From assembly GCF_051201565.1 (NCBI RefSeq), contig NZ_CP179200.1, forward strand, positions 390,001 to 422,000: a stretch of 32,000 nucleotides of DNA, in the 5' to 3' direction. Below are positions 9,900 through 19,534 of this stretch, in pieces. This DNA is from Pseudothioglobus sp. nBUS_23 (lineage in GTDB: Bacteria; Pseudomonadota; Gammaproteobacteria; PS1; Pseudothioglobaceae). Made by a program: the position numbers and the translations under genes. The notes beneath the pieces were generated by a model. It was not told the origin of the DNA and searched no databases. It saw only the letters and a program-made list of their open reading frames with translations. The first letter of the stretch is position 1; every line of letters starts with the position of its first letter.

Positions 9900-10670
9900 A
9901 TGAAAGCAGTAATATTAGCGGGAGGACTTGGAACTCGATTAAGTGAAGAGACAGTAATAAAGCCAAAGCCAATGGTAGAAGTAGGTGGTAAGCCAATTTT
10001 ATGGCATATTATGAAAATGTATTCTGCTCACGGAATTAATGAATTTATTATCTGTTGTGGGTATAAAGGCTATCTAATTAAAGAATACTTCGCAAATTAT
10101 TTTCTTCATGAGTCGGATGTAACTTTCGATATGCAACAAAATTCAATGGAGGTACATCAGGAAAGGGCAGAGCCTTGGATTGTTACCTTAGTTGATACTG
10201 GGGAAGACTCCATGACGGGTGGTAGACTTTTAAGAGTTTCTGAATATGTAGAAAAGGAAGAAGCATTTTGTTTTACATATGGAGATGGTGTTTCAGATAT
10301 TAATATTACAGAGTTAATTCAATTCCATAAAAGCCATGGCAAAGATGCAACTTTAACTGCAGCATATTCACCGGCAAGATTTGGAGCCTTGAATATTCAA
10401 AATAACCAAATACTTAGCTTTACTGAAAAACCTCAGGGAGATGGAGCCTTAATCAATGGTGGGTTTTTTGTTCTTTCTCCAAAAGTGATTAAAAGACTTA
10501 GTGGAGATGACTGTATTTGGGAGCAAGAGCCTCTAAATGGGTTAGCTTCTGATGGTAATTTAATGGCATATGCTCACAATGGTTTTTGGCAGCCTATGGA
10601 TACTTTACGAGAAAAGGTCTACCTGCAAGATTTATGGGATGAAGGTAAGGCTCCATGGAAAGTATGGTAG
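9900..10670 (+). CDS. rfbF: Glucose-1-phosphate cytidylyltransferase
   Basis: The sequence [37 protein letters not shown] and the 256-aa length match the RfbF/DdhA family. Confidence 0.9.
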   Translation: MKAVILAGGLGTRLSEETVIKPKPMVEVGGKPILWHIMKMYSAHGINEFIICCGYKGYLIKEYFANYFLHESDVTFDMQQNSMEVHQERAEPWIVTLVDTGEDSMTGGRLLRVSEYVEKEEAFCFTYGDGVSDINITELIQFHKSHGKDATLTAAYSPARFGALNIQNNQILSFTEKPQGDGALINGGFFVLSPKVIKRLSGDDCIWEQEPLNGLASDGNLMAYAHNGFWQPMDTLREKVYLQDLWDEGKAPWKVW

Positions 10671-10676
10671 TCAAAA

Positions 10677-11747
10677 ATGAATGAAAATAATTTTTGGAAA
10701 GGCAAGAGAGTTTTTTTAACTGGGCATACTGGATTTAAAGGAAGCTGGCTTTCTATTTGGCTTAACTCAATGGGGTGTATTGTTAGGGGTTATGCACTTC
10801 TCCCTCCAAGTTCTCCTTCTCTATATACTGCTGCAAAAGTTGAAGATTTGATAGATTCTCAAATTGGTGATATTAGGAACTATCATTTACTTTATGAAGC
10901 TATGAATAAATTCAATCCTGATATTGTTTTTCATATGGCTGCTCAATCTTTGGTAAGAAAATCATACTCAAACCCTATTGAGACATATGAAGTTAATATA
11001 ATTGGAACGGCCAATGTTTTAGAAGCTGCAAGAAGTTGTGAGAATTTAAAAGTAGTAATTAACATTACTACAGATAAATGTTACGAAAATGAAGATTTTG
11101 ATAAAAGCTTTAAAGAGACTGACCCAATGGGAGGATATGACCCTTACAGCTCAAGTAAGGGCTGTGCTGAAATAATAACATCAGCTTACAGGAGGTCTTT
11201 TTATAATGAGCTTGGTATTGGGCTCGCTTCTGCAAGAGCTGGCAATGTAATTGGTGGAGGTGATTGGGCCAAAGATCGTCTTATTCCTGATATCTTAAGA
11301 TCTTTTGAGGATAAAAAACCAGTTTTAATTCGAAGTCCAAACGCTACGAGACCTTGGCAGCATGTTCTCGAGCCTTTATCAGGGTATCTAAAATTGGCTA
11401 AAGAAATTTATTTTGACTCTTATTCGTTTTCTGAAGGATGGAATTTTGGTCCAAAAGATTCAGATATTAAAACCGTAGAATGGATAATTGATAAAATGAG
11501 TTCAAAGTGGCCTAATTCTTCTTGGAAAATTGACGATAATCCTAATCCTCATGAATCATCCTTTTTGAAATTAGATATTTCAAAAGCTAAATTAAAATTA
11601 GATTGGACGCCAACATGGCAGCTGAATTTTGCTTTAGAAAAAATTATTAATTGGCATTTTGATTGGTTAGAAAATAAGAATATGCAGGAAGTATGTATTG
11701 CAGAGATTAAAGAATATATGATGGAAATAAAACATGAAATCCGCTGA
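10677..11747 (+). CDS. rfbG: CDP-glucose 4,6-dehydratase
   Basis: The sequence FLTGHTGFKGSWLSIWL and a YSSSK catalytic motif are present, the length is 356 aa, and it lies directly after rfbF. Confidence 0.9.
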   Translation: MNENNFWKGKRVFLTGHTGFKGSWLSIWLNSMGCIVRGYALLPPSSPSLYTAAKVEDLIDSQIGDIRNYHLLYEAMNKFNPDIVFHMAAQSLVRKSYSNPIETYEVNIIGTANVLEAARSCENLKVVINITTDKCYENEDFDKSFKETDPMGGYDPYSSSKGCAEIITSAYRRSFYNELGIGLASARAGNVIGGGDWAKDRLIPDILRSFEDKKPVLIRSPNATRPWQHVLEPLSGYLKLAKEIYFDSYSFSEGWNFGPKDSDIKTVEWIIDKMSSKWPNSSWKIDDNPNPHESSFLKLDISKAKLKLDWTPTWQLNFALEKIINWHFDWLENKNMQEVCIAEIKEYMMEIKHEIR

Positions 11748-13050
11748 AGAACTTAGATTAGAAATATCAGCACTTGTAAACGAGTATGCTGAGATTAAAT
11801 ACAAAGAAAATACATTTAAGCCTGGAAGGTCAATTATTCCTGCTTCGGGCAAAGTTATAGGTTCAACAGAGCTTCAATACATGGTTGATGCTTCTTTGGA
11901 TGGATGGTTAACAAGTGGAAGATTCAATAAAAAGTTTGAAAGTGAATTGGCTAAATTTATTGGTATCGAACACCTTATAACTGTAAATTCAGGGTCTTCT
12001 GCAAATTTAGTGGCATTCTCAACTCTAACTTCTTCTAAACTAGGTGAAAGGGCTATTAAGAAAGGGGATGAGGTAATTGGAGTTGCTGCTGGATTTCCTA
12101 CAACTGTCAACCCAATAATTCAATTTGGTGCAATACCTGTTTTTGTTGATGTTGATTTAACGACTCATAATATTAATGCAGATTTAATTGAGTCTGCGAT
12201 ATCTCCAAAAACTAAAGCAATTATGCTTGCACACACTTTGGGTAATCCTTTTAATTTAAAAAAAATTCACGAATTATGTGCCAAGTATGATTTATGGTTA
12301 GTTGAGGATTGTTGTGATGCTTTAGGAGCCACTTATGATGATAAGCATGTAGGTACTTTTGGTGATATTGCAACTTGTAGCTTTTATCCAGCGCATCATA
12401 TTACAATGGGAGAGGGCGGTGCTGTTTTTACAAATAACTCTGAACTAATTTCAATTGCTGAATCTTTTAGAGACTGGGGTCGTGATTGCTATTGCGATCC
12501 TGGATGTGACAATACTTGTGGCAAAAGGTTTGATCAAAACTTGGGAGACCTGCCGGCAGGTTATGATCATAAATATACTTATTCTCATTTAGGCTATAAC
12601 TTAAAAATTAGTGATATGCAGGCTGCATGTGGACTTGCTCAATTGAAGAGGCTAGATGAATTCATTGAAAAAAGAAACTCAAATTTTTCTTATCTTTTAA
12701 AGCGAATGTCTACACTATCTGAGTTTATAGAATTTACTGAGCCATCAGAAAATTCAAAACCTTCTTGGTTTGGCTTTCCAATAACAATGAAAAAATCCTC
12801 AATATTCCGTCGTGTTGATTTATTAAAGTATCTAGATAGCAATATGGTTAATACTCGCCTTTTATTTGCTGGAAATTTAACTAAGCAACCTTATTTTTCA
12901 GGGGTTGAATACAGAGTTGTAGGTGATTTAACTAATACTGATATTACAATGAATCAGACCTTTTGGATTGGAGTATATCCTGGACTAACGACTCGTCATT
13001 TGGATTATATTGCTGAAAAGTTTGAAGAGTTTTTTGGATTATCATTTTAG
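11734..13050 (+). CDS. rfbH: RfbH/DdhC (E1)-type PMP-dependent CDP-4-keto-6-deoxyglucose 3-dehydrase
   Basis: This is a 438-aa DegT-fold protein. The usual Schiff-base lysine position reads SFYPAHHITMGEGG, with His instead of Lys, which is the hallmark of E1-type dehydrases. Confidence 0.8.
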   Translation: MKSAEELRLEISALVNEYAEIKYKENTFKPGRSIIPASGKVIGSTELQYMVDASLDGWLTSGRFNKKFESELAKFIGIEHLITVNSGSSANLVAFSTLTSSKLGERAIKKGDEVIGVAAGFPTTVNPIIQFGAIPVFVDVDLTTHNINADLIESAISPKTKAIMLAHTLGNPFNLKKIHELCAKYDLWLVEDCCDALGATYDDKHVGTFGDIATCSFYPAHHITMGEGGAVFTNNSELISIAESFRDWGRDCYCDPGCDNTCGKRFDQNLGDLPAGYDHKYTYSHLGYNLKISDMQAACGLAQLKRLDEFIEKRNSNFSYLLKRMSTLSEFIEFTEPSENSKPSWFGFPITMKKSSIFRRVDLLKYLDSNMVNTRLLFAGNLTKQPYFSGVEYRVVGDLTNTDITMNQTFWIGVYPGLTTRHLDYIAEKFEEFFGLSF

Positions 13051-13059
13051 AGATTAGGT

Positions 13060-13758
13060 ATGAAAAATGTGCTAGTTTTTGGGGGTTCAGGTCAAATTGG
13101 ATCAACTATAGTAGAAAAATTTATTTCTAAGAGCTGGAATACTCTTTCAGTAGGGAGAAAAAAGATAATTTCTGAGTCATATTTATCTTGGGATCCTTTT
13201 CAAGTTATGCCAACTAAAGACTTTGAAAAATTATCTCAATTTGGAGTTTTTGATGCAGTTTGTTGGTCACAAGGCATGAATTTAAGTGATAACATTTTCA
13301 ACTACAAGAAAGATCTACATGAAGATATTTATAGGGCAAATGTTCTTTATATTCTAGAATCACTTAAATTTCTAATTAATAGTAATTTATTAAATAAACC
13401 TGCTAAATTTTGTGTGATAAGTTCTATTTGGCAAGATTTATCAAAGGAAAATAAGTTGTCTTATTCAATATCGAAAGCAGCTTTAAAAGGTTTGGTTTTA
13501 TCTTTAAGTAATGATATGGCAGAAGATGGACACTTAATTAATGCCGTCCTTCCAGGAGTTATTGATTCTCCTATGACTAATGCTAATCTTTCATCAACAC
13601 AAATTTCAAATGTTCGAAATGCATCTAAATTTAAGCGATTAGCGAGTTTAAAAGATGTGGCTAATTCTGTTTACTCTCTATGTTCTGAAGAAAATACAGG
13701 CATTACGGGTAATTTTGTAAAAATTGATTTGGGATTTTCAAATGTTCGAAACATTTGA
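13060..13758 (+). CDS. Classical short-chain dehydrogenase/reductase
   Basis: It has VFGGSGQIGSTI, the catalytic YSISKAALKGL, and NAVLPGVIDSPM, and is 232 aa long. Confidence 0.75.
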   Translation: MKNVLVFGGSGQIGSTIVEKFISKSWNTLSVGRKKIISESYLSWDPFQVMPTKDFEKLSQFGVFDAVCWSQGMNLSDNIFNYKKDLHEDIYRANVLYILESLKFLINSNLLNKPAKFCVISSIWQDLSKENKLSYSISKAALKGLVLSLSNDMAEDGHLINAVLPGVIDSPMTNANLSSTQISNVRNASKFKRLASLKDVANSVYSLCSEENTGITGNFVKIDLGFSNVRNI

Positions 13759-14812
13759 AGTAGAGTCCTCAATTAAAAACTACAAAGTTTTAATTGAAAA
13801 AGGATCGGTTCACAATTTTATTAATGATAAATCATTTTTTATAATAGATTCACATGTATATGATTTATGGCCTTCTATTAATATTAAGGAATGCATAAAA
13901 ATTGATGCAAAAGAAAGTAATAAAAGCTTAAAAATAGTATCAGAAGTAATTAAAAATTTAAAAGATTCAGGAGCTAATAGATCCAGTTCAATTCTAGCAA
14001 TAGGAGGTGGTATAACACAAGATCTTTCTACCTTTTGCGCATCTACTTTTATGAGAGGCATTAGCTGGGTATATGTTCCTACTACTTTATTAGGTATGAC
14101 CGACTCTTGCATTGGGGGTAAATCATCCATCAATGTAGGGAGGTACAAAAATATTATTGGAAACTACTATCCACCTGAAATAGTTGTTGTGGATACTAAT
14201 TTTTGTAAAACGTTGACCATTCAACAGATACTTGAGGGTCTCTTTGAGGCTGTTAAGATTTCATACGCACATTCTGAATTTAGATTTGAAAAGCATATTT
14301 CATATGTAAATCATAATCAAGATTTATATTGTTTAGACTTTGAAAAAATAGTTTTTAATAGCTTAATTTCAAAAAAAGAAATTATTGAAGAAGATGAATT
14401 CGATGAAGGTATTAGACTTTTGTTAAACTTTGGCCATACCTTTGGACACGCGCTTGAGGGCGCTAGTAGGTTTAAAATTAGTCACGGTGTTGCAGTAGGA
14501 TTGGGGATGATTGCAGCCTTTAATTTGTCTATCAGTTTAAATTTAATTCAAGAAGAGAATATTAAAGCTAGAAAATTAATTAATCATTTATATTATTTAT
14601 TAGAAATGGTTGAGGGTTTAAGTTATTTAGTTAATAATATTGATATGAAAGTTGCCTATGATAATTTTAAATCTGACAAAAAACACCTTAAAGGCGTTTT
14701 TTTTATGATTTTGTTTGATAATGAAGGCAAACTCATTAGACACAAGTTAAATAAAAGTGTCACAAATGAAATATTAATTATTAATTCTTTTGAGTCTCTT
14801 AAAACGATATGA
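13742..14812 (+). CDS. 3-dehydroquinate-synthase-like enzyme (sugar phosphate cyclase / DHQS fold)
   Basis: The motifs GGGITQDL, DSCIGGKSSIN, NFGHTFGHALE and SHGVAVGLGM match the DHQS nucleotide and metal ligands. I prefer the ATG at 13742; the ORF track starts at the TTG at 13724. Confidence 0.75.
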   Translation: MFETFEVESSIKNYKVLIEKGSVHNFINDKSFFIIDSHVYDLWPSINIKECIKIDAKESNKSLKIVSEVIKNLKDSGANRSSSILAIGGGITQDLSTFCASTFMRGISWVYVPTTLLGMTDSCIGGKSSINVGRYKNIIGNYYPPEIVVVDTNFCKTLTIQQILEGLFEAVKISYAHSEFRFEKHISYVNHNQDLYCLDFEKIVFNSLISKKEIIEEDEFDEGIRLLLNFGHTFGHALEGASRFKISHGVAVGLGMIAAFNLSISLNLIQEENIKARKLINHLYYLLEMVEGLSYLVNNIDMKVAYDNFKSDKKHLKGVFFMILFDNEGKLIRHKLNKSVTNEILIINSFESLKTI

Positions 14813-16575
14813 AATATAGTGATCAATTAGCTGAATGGCTTTTAGAAATGGGCTACACCCACTGCTTTTTTGTAAGTGGAGGTAATAGTATGCACCTAGT
14901 AGAAAGTTTCAGTAGAAAATTAGATTGTAGGGCAGTCATACATGAGGTTGCAGCTGGTATTGCTGCAGAATATTTTAATGAATCAAGTGAGGAAGGTAAG
15001 GCTTTAGCTCTTGTAACTGCTGGTCCTGGTATTACTAATATAATTTCAGCTATTGCGGGTGCTTATCTAGAAAGTCGAGAGTTGCTTGTCATTGGCGGAC
15101 AGGTTAAAACTTTTGATTTATCGTTAGGAAAGTTGCGCCAAAATGGCATTCAGGAAATTGATGGTGTAAGTATTGCGAGTTCAATTTGCAGTTCGTCAAC
15201 TACAATGACTCAAGCTTGGAATAAGGAAAAATTTGGAAAGTTTATTTGTAGCTCTGAAAATGGAAGAAAATCTCCAGTTTTTTTAGAGATACCACTTGAT
15301 ATTCAGGCTAAAAATGTTGACTTTACTAATAAAATTTATGAGCCAAAAGTTCATAACTTTAAATCAATAACTCAAAGTCAATTATTTAGATTAGTTAGCA
15401 GAATAAAGTCTTCTCAAAGGCCAATAATTATGATTGGTGGAGGCTTAAGTAGAGAGACAGCAACAGAAATACAAAATCTTTTTACCGATTCTTCTGTGCC
15501 CTTTGTAACCACCTGGAATGGGATGGATCGAATTGGATCAAATAATCCAAATTATGTGGGTCGACCAAATACATGGGGGCAAAGAAGTGCAAATGTACTT
15601 TTACAACAAGCTGATTTATTGGTTGCATTTGGAACACGATTAGGAATGCAACAGACTGGTTTTAATTGGCAAGAATTTATCCCAAATGGGAAAATTATAC
15701 AAATTGATATAGATAAAAATGAACTTGAAAAAGGACACCCCAAAATTGATCTTGGCCTAGAGTTGGATGCAAACGACACTATAATTAAGCTATTGAAATC
15801 GGAATTAGGGGATCATACTGTATGGTTAAAATTTTGTAAAAAAGTTAGAAACCTTTTGCCTCTTGTTGAAAACAGTACTCTTAATAACAGATCTGAGTTT
15901 ATTTCACCCCACTTGTTTGTTCAAAAACTTTCTCAAATAGCGTGTAAAGACGATATTGTCATTCCTTGTAGCAGTGGTGGAGCCTTTACGATAATGATGC
16001 AGGTTTTTGAGCAAAAATTTGGACAAAAAATTATTACCAATAAAGGCCTTGCTTCAATGGGCTATGGTCTTTCAGGAGCAATTGGCGCGTCAATAGCAAA
16101 TCCTAATAAAAGAGTTTTTTTAATAGAAGGTGATGGAAGTTTCTCTCAAAATCTTCAAGAGATTGGAACTGCAGCAATAAATAACTGTAATTTAAAGATT
16201 TTTATATTTGATGATGGGGGTTATGCCTCAATTAGAATGACTCAAAGAAACTACTTTAATGGAAGGTATGTTGGTTGTGATACTTTAACAGGCTTGGGTT
16301 TGCCTGACTGGAAAAAACTTTTTGAGGCTTGGAATGTTCCTGTAGTTAAAATTAGTGCTAAATCATTTAAAGAGAAATCAATTGAAGTTAATCTTGAAGA
16401 ACCTGGTTTTGCTGCGTTTATAATACCTATTGATCCAGAACAAACTTATTTACCAAAAATTACGAGTCAGCTTTCAGAGGCTAGAGGTATGATTTCGAAT
16501 CCTCTTCATCTTATGACTCCAGATATAGAAGAACCAATAAAATCAGAAGTTTTCAAATATATACTTAAGGAGTAA
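14809..16575 (+). CDS. Three-domain thiamine-diphosphate enzyme (acetolactate-synthase large-subunit fold; YerE-like candidate)
   Basis: At 588 aa, it has an N-terminal Pyr domain (VTAGPGITN) and a ThDP/Mg motif (GDGSFSQNLQEIGTAAINNCNLKIFIFDDGGY). No small regulatory subunit gene lies nearby. Confidence 0.8.
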   Translation: MKYSDQLAEWLLEMGYTHCFFVSGGNSMHLVESFSRKLDCRAVIHEVAAGIAAEYFNESSEEGKALALVTAGPGITNIISAIAGAYLESRELLVIGGQVKTFDLSLGKLRQNGIQEIDGVSIASSICSSSTTMTQAWNKEKFGKFICSSENGRKSPVFLEIPLDIQAKNVDFTNKIYEPKVHNFKSITQSQLFRLVSRIKSSQRPIIMIGGGLSRETATEIQNLFTDSSVPFVTTWNGMDRIGSNNPNYVGRPNTWGQRSANVLLQQADLLVAFGTRLGMQQTGFNWQEFIPNGKIIQIDIDKNELEKGHPKIDLGLELDANDTIIKLLKSELGDHTVWLKFCKKVRNLLPLVENSTLNNRSEFISPHLFVQKLSQIACKDDIVIPCSSGGAFTIMMQVFEQKFGQKIITNKGLASMGYGLSGAIGASIANPNKRVFLIEGDGSFSQNLQEIGTAAINNCNLKIFIFDDGGYASIRMTQRNYFNGRYVGCDTLTGLGLPDWKKLFEAWNVPVVKISAKSFKEKSIEVNLEEPGFAAFIIPIDPEQTYLPKITSQLSEARGMISNPLHLMTPDIEEPIKSEVFKYILKE

Positions 16576-16577
16576 AA

Positions 16578-17363
16578 GTGAACAAATTAGAAAAGGAAAT
16601 AATTGATGTTGTTAAGTGCTTGAAAAATGAGTATGGAGTTTTTGAAATAAAAGCAGAATTTGAGGCTGAAGGAAGTCGAATGGAAGAAATGATGAGGCTC
16701 AAAGATATTACAGGCCATGTCGGCCTTCCGATAATATTAAAAATTGGGGGTGTAGAAGCCGTGACAGATGTTTATAATGCATTAGCACTAGGTGTTAAAG
16801 GATGCATTGCACCAATGGCTGAAACTAAATATGCTCTATCAAAATTTACTGATTTAATTGATAATTTTGTTGCGCCAGATAATGCTTCTGATATTGAATT
16901 TGGAGCAAATATAGAAACAATAACTGCGTGTAATAATTTTAATGATATGCTTTCAATTTCGAATATTTCTAATTTATCAGGAATTACAATTGGGAGAGTT
17001 GATTTAGTTGGATCTATGGGATTAAGCAGAGATTCGATTAATACTTCAAATGAGGTGAAAAGTTTATGTAAGTCAGTATTTTCTTTAGCCAAAAACAATG
17101 GTTTCAAAACAGCTATGGGTGGAGGAATTGGAACAGACGCCTTTTCAGTAATAAGTGAAATGAATAGTGATAATCTAATTGATAAATATGAAACTAGAAA
17201 AGTAGTTTTTCCAGCTGAATCAGTTAAATATGGAGATAAATCAATACTTAAAGCAGTAGAATTTGAATTGCTATGGCTTAAGAGTAAAGAGCGATATTAT
17301 TCAAGAATCAAGTTAGAAGATAAAAGCAGGATACAAATGCTGGAAAAAAGACTTAATAATTAA
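16578..17363 (+). CDS. HpcH/HpaI aldolase / citrate-lyase-beta-like TIM-barrel protein
   Basis: A GTG start is preceded by aaggag (16567-16572). Aligned by eye, the family blocks are present: CIAPMAETKYAL, GANIET and ITIGRVDLVGSMGL. Confidence 0.5.
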   Translation: MNKLEKEIIDVVKCLKNEYGVFEIKAEFEAEGSRMEEMMRLKDITGHVGLPIILKIGGVEAVTDVYNALALGVKGCIAPMAETKYALSKFTDLIDNFVAPDNASDIEFGANIETITACNNFNDMLSISNISNLSGITIGRVDLVGSMGLSRDSINTSNEVKSLCKSVFSLAKNNGFKTAMGGGIGTDAFSVISEMNSDNLIDKYETRKVVFPAESVKYGDKSILKAVEFELLWLKSKERYYSRIKLEDKSRIQMLEKRLNN

Positions 17364-17377
17364 ACTATAATTTTGTT

Positions 17378-18349
17378 TTGTCTTCATTATTAATAATAGG
17401 TGGAACTGGTTTTTTTGGGAAATCTTTTCTTGATGCATATAAAAGAGGATTACTAGATAAGTGGAATATAAAAGAAATTATAATAATTTCACGCAATGTA
17501 AGAAGTTTTCAAGAAAATTATCCAGAACTTTGTAATTCATCAGTTCAATTTATTAATGAAGATATTGGTAAAGTAGATAGGTTGCCGTTTGCAGATTTTG
17601 TAATTCATGCTGCAGCTTCTACAGATGCTTCACGCTATAAAACACACAATAAACAAGAAAAAAAAAATATTATTAAGGGCACTCTTAATTATTGCCGACT
17701 TGCTACTAAATTTCATAAAGAGAGCAAAATTGTGTTTTGCAGTTCTGGTGCAGTTTATGGATATCAGCCAGAACATTCAAAGTATTTGGATGAAGATATG
17801 CCATTTGGAAACATTGAAGACCTTAATGAAATCAAAAAATCATATGCATATGCTAAAAGAGATGCAGAATTTGCAATTCAAAAATTAGGACAGTCGGGAC
17901 TTAAAGTTAGTATTGCAAGATGCTTTTCGTTTGTTGGTAAGTATTTGCCTAGAGGTCAACACTTCGCAATAGGAAATTTTATATCTGATGGATTAGCCAG
18001 AAGAGATATTATTGTAAAAGCCGATAGTAAAGTTTATAGAAGCTATATGTATGCAGATGATCTTGTTGAATGGCTTTTAACTTTGGCTGATGATGCTAAT
18101 ATAAATTGCCCAATATTTAATGTAGGATCAGATCAAGAGATTGAAATCAGAGACTTAGCACAAGTTGTTTCAAATTTTTTTAACGTCGGTGTTAAATATT
18201 TGAGTGCCATAAATAGTACTGAAATTGATCGTTATATACCCTCTATAGAAAAAGCTCAAAAACAGCTAGGATTAAAGGAAAAATTTGATATTAATAAGTC
18301 CATAATCAATACTGCAAGTAATTTTGATGATAGGCCTCTACAAAATTAA
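17378..18349 (+). CDS. NAD-dependent epimerase/dehydratase or ketoreductase (extended SDR)
   Basis: A TTG start is the only possibility, because there is an in-frame stop at 17357. It has LLIIGGTGFFGKS and YAYAK motifs and is 323 aa long. Confidence 0.75.
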   Translation: MSSLLIIGGTGFFGKSFLDAYKRGLLDKWNIKEIIIISRNVRSFQENYPELCNSSVQFINEDIGKVDRLPFADFVIHAAASTDASRYKTHNKQEKKNIIKGTLNYCRLATKFHKESKIVFCSSGAVYGYQPEHSKYLDEDMPFGNIEDLNEIKKSYAYAKRDAEFAIQKLGQSGLKVSIARCFSFVGKYLPRGQHFAIGNFISDGLARRDIIVKADSKVYRSYMYADDLVEWLLTLADDANINCPIFNVGSDQEIEIRDLAQVVSNFFNVGVKYLSAINSTEIDRYIPSIEKAQKQLGLKEKFDINKSIINTASNFDDRPLQN

Positions 18350-18520
18350 TTTAAAACTTCAAACCCGACACAGTTGAAATCATAATTGTCGAAATTAGAA
18401 ATAGCTTAAGCAATAATAATATTTCATTAATCTTTAATTTGAATCACATTTTATTAACATAAAATGTTGACTAGCTCTATTAAAGTTTTTTTAAATTAAC
18501 TTTTGTTGAATAAATTAAAA

Positions 18521-19534
18521 ATGAAAATAATCAAAGTTTCATCAGGAAAATCTGAGCTTAATAATTTATTATTAAGGCAAACATCAGGAATGAGTGGAGT
18601 TTGGGGGGATTGTAAGTTTATTTTAAATAGTGAAATAAAAAAATGTGATTGGTGGTTTGTTTTACATGGATCAGGTTTAATCAAGAATGAAGAGTGTTTG
18701 TGTGATCCAAATCATATAGTTTATGTTTCTATGGAGCCAAATGAAACAATGAGCAAGGTTTCAAATAAATTTATGCAGCAGTTTTCTCACCTTGTGACCT
18801 GCGATCGTGATGTAGAGCATTCAAATAAAATTTATCAAAATTGGCTCACATGGTGGGTTGGAATTAATTTAATTAAATCTAAAGATGGCATCTTTTCTAA
18901 GGATTATAATTTAGATTACGATGATTTAACAAATATTAAGCCATTAAAAAAGCTTAATAAGATTTCAATAGTTTATTCAAATAAAAACATGTCTGAAGGA
19001 CATTCAAAAAGAATTAAATTCTTAAATGCATTGATTAATTCAAATATTTCTCACTATATAGATGTCTTCGGAGATGGATTTACTCCAATTCCTGACAAAT
19101 GGGATGCAGTAATGAATTATAAATATCATTTAGTTATTGAAAATGAGATACAAGAAGATTATTGGTCAGAAAAGCTTGCTGATTCATTTCTGGGCTTTGC
19201 ATATCCAATCTACTCTGGATGTCCAAATATCAATAAATATTTTGATGAAAATTCAATGACAGTAATTGATATTTCTAATTTTGAAATTTCTTTAAAAAAA
19301 ATTAAAGACGTAATAGATGGGAATCTTTATGATAGAAATATTAGAGAGATAGAAGTTGCTAGAAATCAGATACTTAATGAGTACAATATTTTTAATTTAA
19401 TGGCTAAGATGTCAACATCTGAGGCATCATTAAAAAAGAAAATCCAACTTAAAACTAATTATTATTATTCAGATTCATTCTTTAAGAAGATTGCAAGATT
19501 GATTTTTAAGAAATTAAGAACATTTATTTTTTAA
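18521..19534 (+). CDS. GT10-like glycosyltransferase (fucosyltransferase-type motif)
   Basis: The sequence KYHLVIENEIQEDYWSEKLADSFLGFAYPIYSG matches the GT10 FENS..YVTEK..DA...P.Y.G signature. I prefer the ATG at 18521 over the TTG at 18503. Confidence 0.6.
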   Translation: MKIIKVSSGKSELNNLLLRQTSGMSGVWGDCKFILNSEIKKCDWWFVLHGSGLIKNEECLCDPNHIVYVSMEPNETMSKVSNKFMQQFSHLVTCDRDVEHSNKIYQNWLTWWVGINLIKSKDGIFSKDYNLDYDDLTNIKPLKKLNKISIVYSNKNMSEGHSKRIKFLNALINSNISHYIDVFGDGFTPIPDKWDAVMNYKYHLVIENEIQEDYWSEKLADSFLGFAYPIYSGCPNINKYFDENSMTVIDISNFEISLKKIKDVIDGNLYDRNIREIEVARNQILNEYNIFNLMAKMSTSEASLKKKIQLKTNYYYSDSFFKKIARLIFKKLRTFIF

